From Terriglobia bacterium (lineage in GTDB: Bacteria > Acidobacteriota > Polarisedimenticolia > Polarisedimenticolales > JAIQFR01): 64,000 nt of DNA. The stretch spans positions 1,280,001-1,344,000 of the forward strand of contig CAVVHE010000004.1 in the NCBI GenBank assembly GCA_963748015.1. The letters are read 5' to 3'. Of this stretch, positions 31,122-43,986 are shown in pieces; within the stretch, counting starts at the first letter, position 1, and every line of letters starts with the position of its first letter. Under the pieces are notes generated by a model. It was given only the letters and a program-made list of their open reading frames with translations. It searched no databases and was not told where the DNA came from. The translations under genes and the position numbers were made by a program.

Positions 31122-31586
31122 TCAGCTGGTTTCGGCGCTCCGGACGGTCACGATGAAGTGCTTCTGGATGAGCGTGACCTCCCGCTCGCCGAGGAGCGGG
31201 ACGAACCGCGGGGCCGAGTTGAGGTAGTCGAGCACGCGCGCGCGCTCCGGCGGCATCCGGATGGACAGCCGGCCGAGCAGGCTCGTGCCGCCGGACAGGC
31301 TCACACGGACCGGGACCTCCCTGGCGCCCTCCTCCCCCGCCGCGGCCCCGACGGCATCGGGCGGGCACTGCACCAGGATGATCCCCCTCTTGTTCAGCAA
31401 CAGCCGGTCCTCTCCGCAGGCGAGGGGCAGGAACTCCTCGGAGGGGTCCGTCAGCCGGTCCAGGATCGTCTCGGGCCCCCCCAGGGGGCCGGCCAGCGAC
31501 GTGTAGATGCTCCCGTCGAGGGTCCGGCCGTCGTCCAGCAGGATGCGCACCCGCGTCTCGCACTTCGGAACCCGGTAGATGTCCAT
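31122..31586 (-). CDS. Hypothetical protein with two tandem homologous small domains (DUF6812-like)
   Basis: Internal duplication: V.I...G..L.G...D.L....FLPL...LLNK..I and V.V...G..L.G...DYLN...FVPL...LIQK..I. Confidence 0.65.
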   Translation of the reverse strand: MDIYRVPKCETRVRILLDDGRTLDGSIYTSLAGPLGGPETILDRLTDPSEEFLPLACGEDRLLLNKRGIILVQCPPDAVGAAAGEEGAREVPVRVSLSGGTSLLGRLSIRMPPERARVLDYLNSAPRFVPLLGEREVTLIQKHFIVTVRSAETS

Positions 31587-31711
31587 TCACTCCCCCGGGG
31601 CGCCGCGCGGGCGCGCCCGTTCGACGACGAAGTCTAGCACGCGCACCGCCGGAAACGGCGGGCTTGCGGCCCCCGATTCGGGGCGTAGATTCTCCTGTCG
31701 AGGGTCCCTAG

Positions 31712-32947
31712 ATGACGATGCTCGGAAGCCTCCACACGATGCCGCTGACGGACCTCCTGCAGTGGCTCGGCACCTCCAGGAAGACCGGCACCCTGTTCCT
31801 GGAGAGAAACAAGGTCGTGAAGCAGATCGTGTTCCGGGAGGGGCGCGTCGTCGCCTGCTCGTCGGACGACCCGCCGGAGCTGCTCGGGCACTTCCTGGTT
31901 CACCACGGGAAGATCACCGAGGAGCTGCTGCAGCAGGCGCTCGCCCGGCAGTCGGCGTCCCGCGAGCACCTGGGCAAGATCCTGCTCGAGATGAAGGCCT
32001 TGACCGGCGAGGACCTCAAGCACGTCCTGGAAGCCAAGGCCGAGGAGACGATCTACGGGCTGTTCGACTGGGAGGAGGCGGAGTTCCGGTTCGACGAGGA
32101 AGCGGAGCCGTCCCCTCATATCTTCCCGATCGAGCTCGAGGTCGAGGACATCCTGCTCCGGGGACTCAAGCGCTTCGACGAGATGAAGCGGATCCGGAAG
32201 GTGTTCAACGATCCGGGCATCGTGCTGCGCCTCACCGATCGCGAGCCGCCCTCGAGCGTGTTCCAGAACCGGACCGCGCGCGGAATCTACGAGCTGATCA
32301 CCGGGGAGCGGACCGTCGCGGAGATCCTGCTCCACGCGCACGGCTCGGAGTATCTCGTCACCAAGTTCCTCTTCGAGCTGTTCCGGAACGGCATGGCGGA
32401 GATCTCGGAGGTTCGCCGCATCGCGGCGGAGACCCCGAGGGAGGCCGCTCCTCCGATCGTGGAGACCGCGGCGCCAGCCCCCCCGCCGGAGGTCGCGCCG
32501 GAGGCGAAACCGGGGGCCACCGCGCAGGTCCCGGCCGCCGCGCCCGGCCAGCTCCTCGGGTCCCCCGAGGCCGAGCTCGAGGCGGCGCGCGCCCTGATGG
32601 GCCGCGGGGAGTTCGAGGGCGCGCTCGAGATTCTGAACGCGCAGTATCGCGCCCGCCCGGGTGAGGACTCCCTCCGCCGGCTCGTGGCCGAGGCCGAAGC
32701 GGCATTCGTCGAGAAGGCCTATCGCTACTACGTGCCGCCGCACAAGATCCCGGTGCTGCGCCGGCCGGCCGAGTCTCTGACCGGGGAGGAGCTCTCGCCG
32801 GTCGAGTTCTTCCTCCTGAGCCGCTTCAACGGGACCTGGGACGTTCGCTCGATCATCCAGATTGCCCCGATCCGCGAGGTCGACGCGCTGAAGACGCTCA
32901 AGCGGCTGCGCGAGAAGGGGCACATCGACCTGAAAGACCCGGAGTAG
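31712..32947 (+). CDS. DUF4388 (PATAN-like) domain protein
   Basis: GSLHTMPLTDLLQWL...KTGTL...IVFREGRVV, GKILLEM, LFDWEEAEFRF; Pro/Ala linker, helical C-terminus. Confidence 0.82.
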   Translation: MTMLGSLHTMPLTDLLQWLGTSRKTGTLFLERNKVVKQIVFREGRVVACSSDDPPELLGHFLVHHGKITEELLQQALARQSASREHLGKILLEMKALTGEDLKHVLEAKAEETIYGLFDWEEAEFRFDEEAEPSPHIFPIELEVEDILLRGLKRFDEMKRIRKVFNDPGIVLRLTDREPPSSVFQNRTARGIYELITGERTVAEILLHAHGSEYLVTKFLFELFRNGMAEISEVRRIAAETPREAAPPIVETAAPAPPPEVAPEAKPGATAQVPAAAPGQLLGSPEAELEAARALMGRGEFEGALEILNAQYRARPGEDSLRRLVAEAEAAFVEKAYRYYVPPHKIPVLRRPAESLTGEELSPVEFFLLSRFNGTWDVRSIIQIAPIREVDALKTLKRLREKGHIDLKDPE

Positions 32948-33052
32948 CGAGGCGGGCGTATCCCCGCGAGTCCGGATTGCATCCTCTGGTCCGAGGGATC
33001 CGGCGGGCGAGGCGCGGTGCGCGTCCGGGATCGGGCCCGCGAGGAGGCGCAA

Positions 33053-33256
33053 TTGCCGATCTACGAGTTCAGGTGCCGGGGGTGCGGCTCGACGTTCGAA
33101 GCGATCCGGCCGCTCGGCGACTCCGGCGAGGAGCTCGAATGTCCCTCGTGCGGTGCTCCCGGCCCGGAAAAGCAGCTTTCCGTCTTCTCCGCGTCGTCCG
33201 GAGGATCCGGACGGGCCACCGAGTCCCGGGGGTCCTGCGGCTCCGGTTTCCGCTGA
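33053..33256 (+). CDS. FmdB-family zinc-ribbon protein
   Basis: TTG start after GGAGG; MPIYEFRCRGCG..FE...CPSCG..EKQLSVF. Confidence 0.85.
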   Translation: MPIYEFRCRGCGSTFEAIRPLGDSGEELECPSCGAPGPEKQLSVFSASSGGSGRATESRGSCGSGFR

Positions 33257-33258
33257 GC

Positions 33259-33660
33259 CTAGCCGACGAGGCCCCGGTCGGGGCCTCCCTCCAGGACCAC
33301 CACCGCTCCCGCCATTCCCCGCTGATGCGTCAGGCTGACGTGGGCCCTGAGCACGCCCAGGGCGTCGGCGCGAGCCTTGGCGGCCCCCAGGAGGCGCAAT
33401 TCCGGCCGGCCGCCTTCGGTCTTCAGCACCTCAACCTGCTGAAAAGAAAGCCCCTGCGCCCATCCGGTCCCCAGCGCCTTGAGACAGGCTTCCTTCGCCG
33501 CGAATCGTGCCGCGAGGGCTAGGGCTCGATCCGCCCGGCCGGCGCAGTCCCCGAGCTCGGACTCCGTGAAGACCCTGGCCTCGAAGCGGCCGTCGTGCTC
33601 CGCGAGGGCCCGGGTCATCCTGGAGACCTCCAAGAGGTCGAACCCGATTCCGAGGATCAT
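33259..33660 (-). CDS. acpS: Holo-[acyl-carrier-protein] synthase
   Basis: MILGIGFDL, VFTESE, ARFAAKEA..KALGTG, VSLTH. Confidence 0.95.
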   Translation of the reverse strand: MILGIGFDLLEVSRMTRALAEHDGRFEARVFTESELGDCAGRADRALALAARFAAKEACLKALGTGWAQGLSFQQVEVLKTEGGRPELRLLGAAKARADALGVLRAHVSLTHQRGMAGAVVVLEGGPDRGLVG

Positions 33661-33708
33661 CGTCGTCCCCCGAGGATCGTTATCAGTGGCCGGATGGTCG
33701 AAGCCGGA

Positions 33709-33717
33709 TGGTATAAT
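33709..33717 (+). promoter_or_regulatory. Consensus extended -10 promoter (TGgTATAAT) upstream of NYN gene
   Basis: TGGTATAAT ~115 nt upstream of ATG 33832. Confidence 0.6.
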
Positions 33718-33831
33718 ACGCCCGCTCGACGGTGACGTCCGCAACGAGGAAGTCCTTGTTGTGGAAAGACTTGTTCCGTCCGTGACGAGGTCGGGGCCGA
33801 GTGTGAGGCGCATTCAGCAGGGACTTCGGAC

Positions 33832-35436
33832 ATGAGCCGCCCCGAGCGCGAGATCTTCGATCGGCTCGGCGCGCGGGGGCTCGTCCGCGTGCTGGACGAT
33901 CTCTTCGACCAGGGACACCTGGTGCGGCTCGCGAACGCCTGCGGGCTCCGATACCCCGGCATGCGGACCCAATCGCAGAAGCGCGACCGGATCCTCTCGG
34001 ACCTCGCCGAGCGGTCGGGTCGCGAAGAGAGCGCCCGCAAGGCGATCCTCCGGGCGCTCCGCAAGGAGACCGCGGACGCCGCGCGGGCGTGGGCGGCGAT
34101 GGCCCCCAAGGACCGGGAGCGCGAGCTGGCGGAGGAAGCCGCCCTCGAGACCGAGCGCAGGCTGGGGCTGCGCATCTTCCTCCTCGCGTCCGACGCGTCG
34201 GACGCTGCGGGCGAAGAGGCCCTCTCGCGCCTGCTCGCCCGGGAGCAAGCCCGGCGGGCGGCGACACCCGCCGCCGACGCGCCCGCCCCCCGGGATCCGG
34301 AGCAGGTCGCGCGGGAAACCGTGCGCCTGAAGAAGAAGGTCACCGAGCTCCAGAAGAAGGTTGCTTACCTCGAAGGACAGATCGGCAAGGGCCGCGAGAC
34401 GGAGAAGGCGCTGAAGCGCGACCTCATCCAGCGGAAGGGAGAGCTCGCGGAAGCGCGCATGCTCAACGAGCAGCTCCGGCGCGAGGTGCAGGAGGCTCGC
34501 GGCGCCGCGACCGACTCCACCGCGGCGCAGTCATCCACCACCCCCTCGGAGGCCGCAGCCGCCGAGGTCGTCGCCTCGGTCCGCAAGCTGGCGGCGGAGC
34601 AGCGCCGGCTCAATCATCGCCTCGAGAAGATGTCGGACGCGCCTCCGCCGATCGCCTCGGTCGCGCCGGACGCGCTCGCGCCGGCGCTGTCGGCGCTCGA
34701 CGAGCTGCACAGGGAGATCGCGGGACTGAGGCGCGAGAGGAAGAAGGACCTGCAGGAGCAGGGAACGCGTCTCGACGAGCTGACGACCGAGATCCGCTCG
34801 TACCGCGTCGCCGCGCAGGCGGCCATCCCGGCGCCGAAGACCCCGGCCCGGCGCAAGGGAGAGCCCGAGCGGGTCGGCGTCTTCGTGGACGTGCAGAACA
34901 TGTACTACGCGGCCCGCCAGCTCAAGGGGAAACTCGATTTCGACGCCTTGCTGCAGGCCGCGGTGCGCGACCGGCGCCTGATCCGGGCCACGGCCTACGT
35001 CGTCGAGACGAAGGAGATCGACCAGTCCGGCTTCATCGCGCTGCTCGAGCAGCGCGCCATCGAGGTCCGTCGAAAGACCCTGAAGATCCGCGCGGACGGA
35101 TCCATGAAGGGCGACTGGGACATGGAGATGGCCCTCGACATTCTCGACGCGGCTCCCCGCCTCGACGTCGTGGTGCTGGTGACCGGCGACGGCGACTTCA
35201 CGTCCCTCGTCAGCCGGGTCAAGGGAATGGGGCCGCGCGTCGAGGTGATCGGGTTCCCGCGCAGCACCGCCAAATCGCTGATCGAGGCCGCGGACCGGTT
35301 CCAGCCGCTCGACCGGAAGTTCATGATCCGCACGGGCGTCGACACGAAGCCTCATCCCGGCCCCGACGAGCCCCCCGCCCCATCGCCCGAGCCGGAGCCC
35401 TCCGAGGAGCCCGTCCCCGCCGGCCACGCCGGCTGA
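33832..35436 (+). CDS. NYN (LabA/DUF88, PIN-like) ribonuclease-domain protein with long N-terminal coiled coil
   Basis: VFVDVQNMYY, KGDWDMEMALD, LVTGDGDF..LV, AD.F; heptad-rich N-terminal ~340 aa. Confidence 0.9.
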   Translation: MSRPEREIFDRLGARGLVRVLDDLFDQGHLVRLANACGLRYPGMRTQSQKRDRILSDLAERSGREESARKAILRALRKETADAARAWAAMAPKDRERELAEEAALETERRLGLRIFLLASDASDAAGEEALSRLLAREQARRAATPAADAPAPRDPEQVARETVRLKKKVTELQKKVAYLEGQIGKGRETEKALKRDLIQRKGELAEARMLNEQLRREVQEARGAATDSTAAQSSTTPSEAAAAEVVASVRKLAAEQRRLNHRLEKMSDAPPPIASVAPDALAPALSALDELHREIAGLRRERKKDLQEQGTRLDELTTEIRSYRVAAQAAIPAPKTPARRKGEPERVGVFVDVQNMYYAARQLKGKLDFDALLQAAVRDRRLIRATAYVVETKEIDQSGFIALLEQRAIEVRRKTLKIRADGSMKGDWDMEMALDILDAAPRLDVVVLVTGDGDFTSLVSRVKGMGPRVEVIGFPRSTAKSLIEAADRFQPLDRKFMIRTGVDTKPHPGPDEPPAPSPEPEPSEEPVPAGHAG

Positions 35437-35438
35437 CC

Positions 35439-35530
35439 CTCGCTCCCCCAAGGTTCAGGCGCGGCATCGCCTCCGACGGCTATAAACGCCGTCTTCCGGC
35501 GACGCCGCGCCTGAACCTCGTGGGAGCGAG
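35439..35530. repeat. 92-nt long imperfect palindrome (rod-like hairpin)
   Basis: ctcgctccc/gggagcgag, aggttcaggcgcggc/gccgcgcctgaacct, tcgcc/ggcga, gacggc/gccgtc around loop tataaac. Confidence 0.85.
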
Positions 35531-35617
35531 ACCCGCGCGGCGGCCGCCCGGAGTGCGTGTATCATCGCGCCTCGCGCGCGTCCCGGGCCGGGCCGCGCCC
35601 CGAGCAGGGAGAGGCCG

Positions 35618-37313
35618 ATGAGCCATTCGATCCTGAGGACGAAGCCGCTTTCGCTGATCGTCGCCGACACGGGCGACCAGGCGCACGCGCTGCGCAAGAC
35701 CCTCGGCGCCTGGGACCTCGTCGCGATCGGGATCGGGTGCATCATCGGCGTCGGCATCTTCGTGCTCCCAGGAGTCGAGGCCGCCACGCACGCCGGGCCG
35801 GGCATCATCCTCTCCTTCGCGATCGCCGCCCTCGCCTGCGGCTGCTCCGCCCTCTGCTACGCCGAGCTCGCGGCCATGATCCCCGTCGCCGGCAGCGCCT
35901 ACACCTACGGTTACGCGACCCTCGGCGAGATCGTGGGCTGGATCATCGGCTGGGATCTGATCCTGGAGTACATGGTCGGGGCGAGCCTCGTCGCGATCGG
36001 CTGGTCGGCCTATCTCGTCAACCTCGTCGACCACGCGCTGGCCGGGTCCGGCATGAGCATTCCGCACGCGATCGTGGCCGCGCCGTGGGGGCAGAATCCG
36101 GGGGTGATCAATCTCCCGGCGGCGGCCATCGTGCTGTTCCTCACCTGGCTGCTCGTCCGCGGCATCAAGGAGAGCGCGCGGGTCAACCTCGTCATCGTCA
36201 TCGTCAAGGTCGCGGTGATCGTGACCTTCGTCCTGCTGACGGTCTGGTACGTCCACCCGTCGAACTGGACGCCGTTCCTCCCCTTCGGCTTCAAGGGGGT
36301 CGCCACGGCGGCGGCAATCGTCTTCCTGGCGTACGTCGGATTCGACGCGGTCTCCACGACCGCCGAGGAGGCCGTCAACCCGCAGCGGGACCTTCCGATC
36401 GGGATCATCGGATCTCTCGTCGTCGCGACCGTGCTCTACATGATCGTCGCCGCCATCATGACCGGCATCGTCCCCTACCAGCAGCTCAACGTCGGCGATC
36501 CGGTCGCGCTGGTGCTCAACGTCCTCGAGATGCCCTGGGCGTCCATGCTGATCAGCCTCGGCGCGATCTGCGGCATCACCTCCGTGCTGCTGGTCCTGCT
36601 CCTCGGCCAGCCCAGGATCCTGTTCGCCATGTCGAGGGACGGCCTCCTGCCGCGGGCCCTGTCCCGACGTGCACGCACGCTACCGGACGCCTCACGTCAC
36701 GACGATGATCACGGGTGTCATCGTCGCGACCGCCGCCGCGCTGACCCCGATCAACGTCGTCGCCGAGCTCTGCTCGATCGGCACCCTCTTCGCCTTCATG
36801 ATCGTCTGCGCCGGCGTGATCGTGCTCCGGTTCACGCGCGCGGACATCGAGAGGCCGTACTCCGTCCCCGGCGGCTGGCTCGCGGCCGCCTTCGTCTGCC
36901 TGCCCTTCCTCATCGGCGTTTCGTTCGCCCCGATCCCCACGTGGTCGCGCGTCCTGATCTCGGTGGTCGGGGTGGTGCTCTGCGCCGCCCTCAAGAAGCA
37001 CCTCCTCCCTCTGGCCGGGATCCTCCTCTGCGGCTACCTGATGGCGAGCCTGCCGGTGATCACGTGGCTCCGCCTGTTCACCTGGCTCTTCCTCGGGCTG
37101 GCCGTCTACGCGACGTACGGCTACACCCACAGCGCGGTGGCGACCGCGGGGGCGCTCAAGGGGTCGCGAGCGGCGACCGCGCGAGCGATTCTCGTCCTCG
37201 CCTTCCTCGCGGGCGCCGTCGTCTGCGGCTTCCTGATGTGGCTGATCTCGCACGAGCTGGCGGCCACGCCGGTCTCGACGCTCGCCGCGAACGCCCTCGC
37301 CTCCATGTTCTAG
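35618..37313 (+). CDS. APC-family (cationic) amino-acid permease, frameshifted near 36663-36668
   Basis: GIGCIIGVGIF, YAELAAMIPVAGSAY, GFDAVST.AEE, SRDGLLP then continues as VHARYRTP...SIGTLFAF in the +1 frame. Confidence 0.88.
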
Positions 37314-37334
37314 CCCGCGGGCGGTTCCGACGGG

Positions 37335-41156
<3,822 letters not shown>

Positions 41157-41172
41157 CCACGGGCTCCTTCTG

Positions 41173-42060
41173 CTAGCTCCGGCCGTCGAGCGCTTCCGCG
41201 ACGTCGCGGAGCGAGAGGCGTCCTCCGCGGGCGCGGACCAGGCCGAGGATCCCCAGGCGGCTGAGCGCGAAATCGTAGCGCGTGGGGTCGTCGGGGTCGA
41301 GCTTCCGCAGCGTGTCCGTGACCTCCAGCGCCATCGCCCACGACGGCGACCGACGCCGGGTCCAGCCGAGAGAGCGCGCGAGCCGCTCCACGTGAACGTC
41401 GAGCGGCACCACGAGCCTCGCGGGCGAGACCCGTTTCCAGATCCCGCAGTCGAGACCATCCTCCGGCCTGACCATCCACCGGAGGAAGAGACAGTGCCGC
41501 TTGCAGACGGAACCGTCCCGCGGCCGCGGCAGGAGCCAGCGCGCGCCCGCCCGGTCCGCATCGTGTCGCGGGGATGCGGGAGGTCCCGCGTCGAGGGCGG
41601 CCAGCGCCTCCGCGAAGGCGTCCATCGCCGGCCCCACGTGCGGCCCGGTCGGGTCGGGATCGTGCTCCACGAAGAGCGCCTCGAGAGAACCCGCCGTTTC
41701 CCGGGCGCTTCGAACCCAGCCGAGGAGACGGGCCACGTGGCGGCCGCTCGTGAAGCGGTGGCGGAAGCCGGCGAGGCGCCGCTCGTCCGAGACGGGGTCG
41801 AAATCCTCGAGAAACCGGCTCGGTCTCGGCCCCATGACGTCGAGAAGACGATCGAGGCTGGCGCGGATGGAACCCACGCGCCCGTAAGCGAGACCCGCCG
41901 CGAGCAGGCCGATCAGCTCGCGGTCCTCGGGGAGGTCGAAGCGACGGACGACTCCGAGCGGATCCGAGTCGAGGAACGAGCGGTCGTAGCGGCGGGCGAA
42001 GCGATCGAGCCTCGCGCGCATCTCGTCTTGGGTCAGGCCGATCCGACGGCCGGGTTGCAT
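41173..42060 (-). CDS. TIGR02757/DUF2400 family protein
   Basis: DP...LAYGRV, CKR..LFLRWMVR..DCGIW, PLDVHV, DPDDPTRYDFALSRLG. Confidence 0.9.
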   Translation of the reverse strand: MQPGRRIGLTQDEMRARLDRFARRYDRSFLDSDPLGVVRRFDLPEDRELIGLLAAGLAYGRVGSIRASLDRLLDVMGPRPSRFLEDFDPVSDERRLAGFRHRFTSGRHVARLLGWVRSARETAGSLEALFVEHDPDPTGPHVGPAMDAFAEALAALDAGPPASPRHDADRAGARWLLPRPRDGSVCKRHCLFLRWMVRPEDGLDCGIWKRVSPARLVVPLDVHVERLARSLGWTRRRSPSWAMALEVTDTLRKLDPDDPTRYDFALSRLGILGLVRARGGRLSLRDVAEALDGRS

Positions 42061-42066
42061 GCGATC

Positions 42067-42095
42067 AGGATAGGGAGGGCGATCGGGCGCGGCAA
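42067..42095 (-). promoter_or_regulatory. Sigma70-type promoter giving a predicted leaderless mRNA
   Basis: TTGCCG-N17-TATCCT-N6-ATG(42060). Confidence 0.55.
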
Positions 42096-42114
42096 CCCCG
42101 GCAAGGACGGATCG

Positions 42115-43233
42115 TCAGAGCTGCAGGAGGACGATCGCTCCGGAGACGGCCGCGACCGCCGCCGCGGCCAGGACGACCCAGAGCCACAGGCGCCGGCGCG
42201 GAGCGGGAGGCTCCGCAACGAGCCCGAGCTCACCGAAGCGCACCGGGAACATCGGCGCGTCGAGCACCTCCCGGCCCGCGACGCGCCGAAAGACCTCCCG
42301 GTTCACGCGAACGACCGCCTCGGCCTGCACGCGTCCGAAGAGCGCCTTCTCGATCCTGCGCCTGCGGTCCTCCGCCGGCGGGTGCGCGCTCGCCAGCTCG
42401 GCCGCCCCCGGATCGCCCTGCTCGATCCGGGTCCGCAACCGGGAGAGATACCGCGACACCGACCGCGGGTCGAACCCGAGGGCGAGCACGGCCTCGAGCG
42501 CGCGAAGATCCGCGTCCCGCTCGCGACGTCGGCCGTACCCCAGCCGGACGAGATCGAGCGCGGCGTCGGCCCACGCGTCCTTTCCCGGAGACGACCGGCC
42601 GCGAGACACGGCCCGGAAACCCAGCCGCACGAGCCGGACCGCGGCGTCCTCGGACGCGGCGTGCGCGATCTCGTGTCCGAGAACGAAGGCCAGCTCGGAT
42701 TCGTCCTCGAGGAAGGCGACGGTGTCGAGGCTGACGAGGAGGGTGCCCGACGGGAGTGCCAGGGTCTTGAGGCCGGGTTCGTCCACGAGGACGACCCGGG
42801 TTCCCTCCGGCGCGTGATCGATCTTCTGCGACACCTGCTTGGCGATACGGTCGAGGTAGGAGGAAAGCGGCGGGATCGTCACGAGCTTCCAGCGGCCCGC
42901 CAGCGCGTTCCGGATCTCGGCCTCGGCTGCCGCGGCAACCGCCGGGTCGGGCAGTTCGGCGGGAATCGACCCGGACCGGCAGTCGGGGCACACGTGCTCC
43001 CCGTGCGGCAGGATCTCGCCGGCGACGAAGGGAAGACCGCACGATTCGCAGGTGAAGACCATCTCGCGGGACTCGTCCCGGGGCGCGCTCCGCGTCCCGC
43101 ATCGGGGGCAACGGGTCACGGGCCTGCCGCCCAGGGTCGCGGTGGGAACGGAAGGGACGAGGCCGGCCGGCTCGCCGCAGCGCGGACACGCCGACGGCCC
43201 GACGCCGCCGACCGCGCCCGTCGAGTCGCTCAT
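42115..43233 (-). CDS. M48-family zinc metalloprotease with N-terminal zinc ribbons and C-terminal TM anchor
   Basis: Four CxxC motifs; ALPSG, ESELAFVLGHEIAH, ERDAD, HP...R; hydrophobic C-terminus. Confidence 0.8.
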   Translation of the reverse strand: MSDSTGAVGGVGPSACPRCGEPAGLVPSVPTATLGGRPVTRCPRCGTRSAPRDESREMVFTCESCGLPFVAGEILPHGEHVCPDCRSGSIPAELPDPAVAAAAEAEIRNALAGRWKLVTIPPLSSYLDRIAKQVSQKIDHAPEGTRVVLVDEPGLKTLALPSGTLLVSLDTVAFLEDESELAFVLGHEIAHAASEDAAVRLVRLGFRAVSRGRSSPGKDAWADAALDLVRLGYGRRRERDADLRALEAVLALGFDPRSVSRYLSRLRTRIEQGDPGAAELASAHPPAEDRRRRIEKALFGRVQAEAVVRVNREVFRRVAGREVLDAPMFPVRFGELGLVAEPPAPRRRLWLWVVLAAAAVAAVSGAIVLLQL

Positions 43234-43904
43234 GACTTCCGTACGTTCCATGCGATCACGCCCCCCGTCAAAAGGAGGCCGCAGGCGCATCCGCCGATCA
43301 GCGCGGACCCCAGCGGCAGCTCCGCGAACGCCGCCAGCGCTGCGCCCCACGTGACACCGGCCCCGGCTCCGAGCGCGAGCGTCACCGCGGGGCGTCGCGG
43401 CCGCCGCGGCTCGGACGCTCCGGCCTGCGGGCCCCGATCCGCGGCGACCCTCTCGTCCGCCGCGTGGAGACGCTCTCCGGTCGGTGCCGTCTCCGCGAGC
43501 TTGTCGGCGTCGGACGGCGACTCGCCGTCCGCACCGCCTTCGGCCAGCAACCAGTATGTCATCGCCTGGCGCGGCTGCCCCCCGTCCTGGGTCAGGGCGG
43601 TCCGCTCGAGGCTCGGGCGAAGAGACGGATCGTCCATGCCGATCTCGAGGCCGGAGAGGTTCGCGGTGACCGTCGCCTCCGCGTCGAAGGGGGCGGGCGA
43701 CGGAGCCGGGGCCGCGGAGGCGGACCACGGGGCGACGCGCGCGGATGCCACCCCCTCGCGGGAGCCGCTCTCGATCCGGTAGCTGCGGCCGAGCGGCATC
43801 GGGAACGTGAAGGAGCACTGGGAGCAGCGCGCGGTGTGCGCGGAGGCCCTTTCCTCCACGGCGTGGTGGTAGGGCGTGCCGCAGGAGGGACAGATCACGA
43901 TCAC
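43230..43904 (-). CDS. MJ0042-type zinc-ribbon membrane protein
   Basis: MIVICPSCGTPY...ARCSQCSFTF, low-complexity linker, two C-terminal TM helices. Confidence 0.7.
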   Translation of the reverse strand: MIVICPSCGTPYHHAVEERASAHTARCSQCSFTFPMPLGRSYRIESGSREGVASARVAPWSASAAPAPSPAPFDAEATVTANLSGLEIGMDDPSLRPSLERTALTQDGGQPRQAMTYWLLAEGGADGESPSDADKLAETAPTGERLHAADERVAADRGPQAGASEPRRPRRPAVTLALGAGAGVTWGAALAAFAELPLGSALIGGCACGLLLTGGVIAWNVRKS

Positions 43905-43986
43905 GAGCGAACCCCCGTTCCGGCGCCGGGCCGCCGGAGGCAAAACCTAGGTTCGCGGGAATCGCGGGTCAAGTCGCGGGGAGGGC

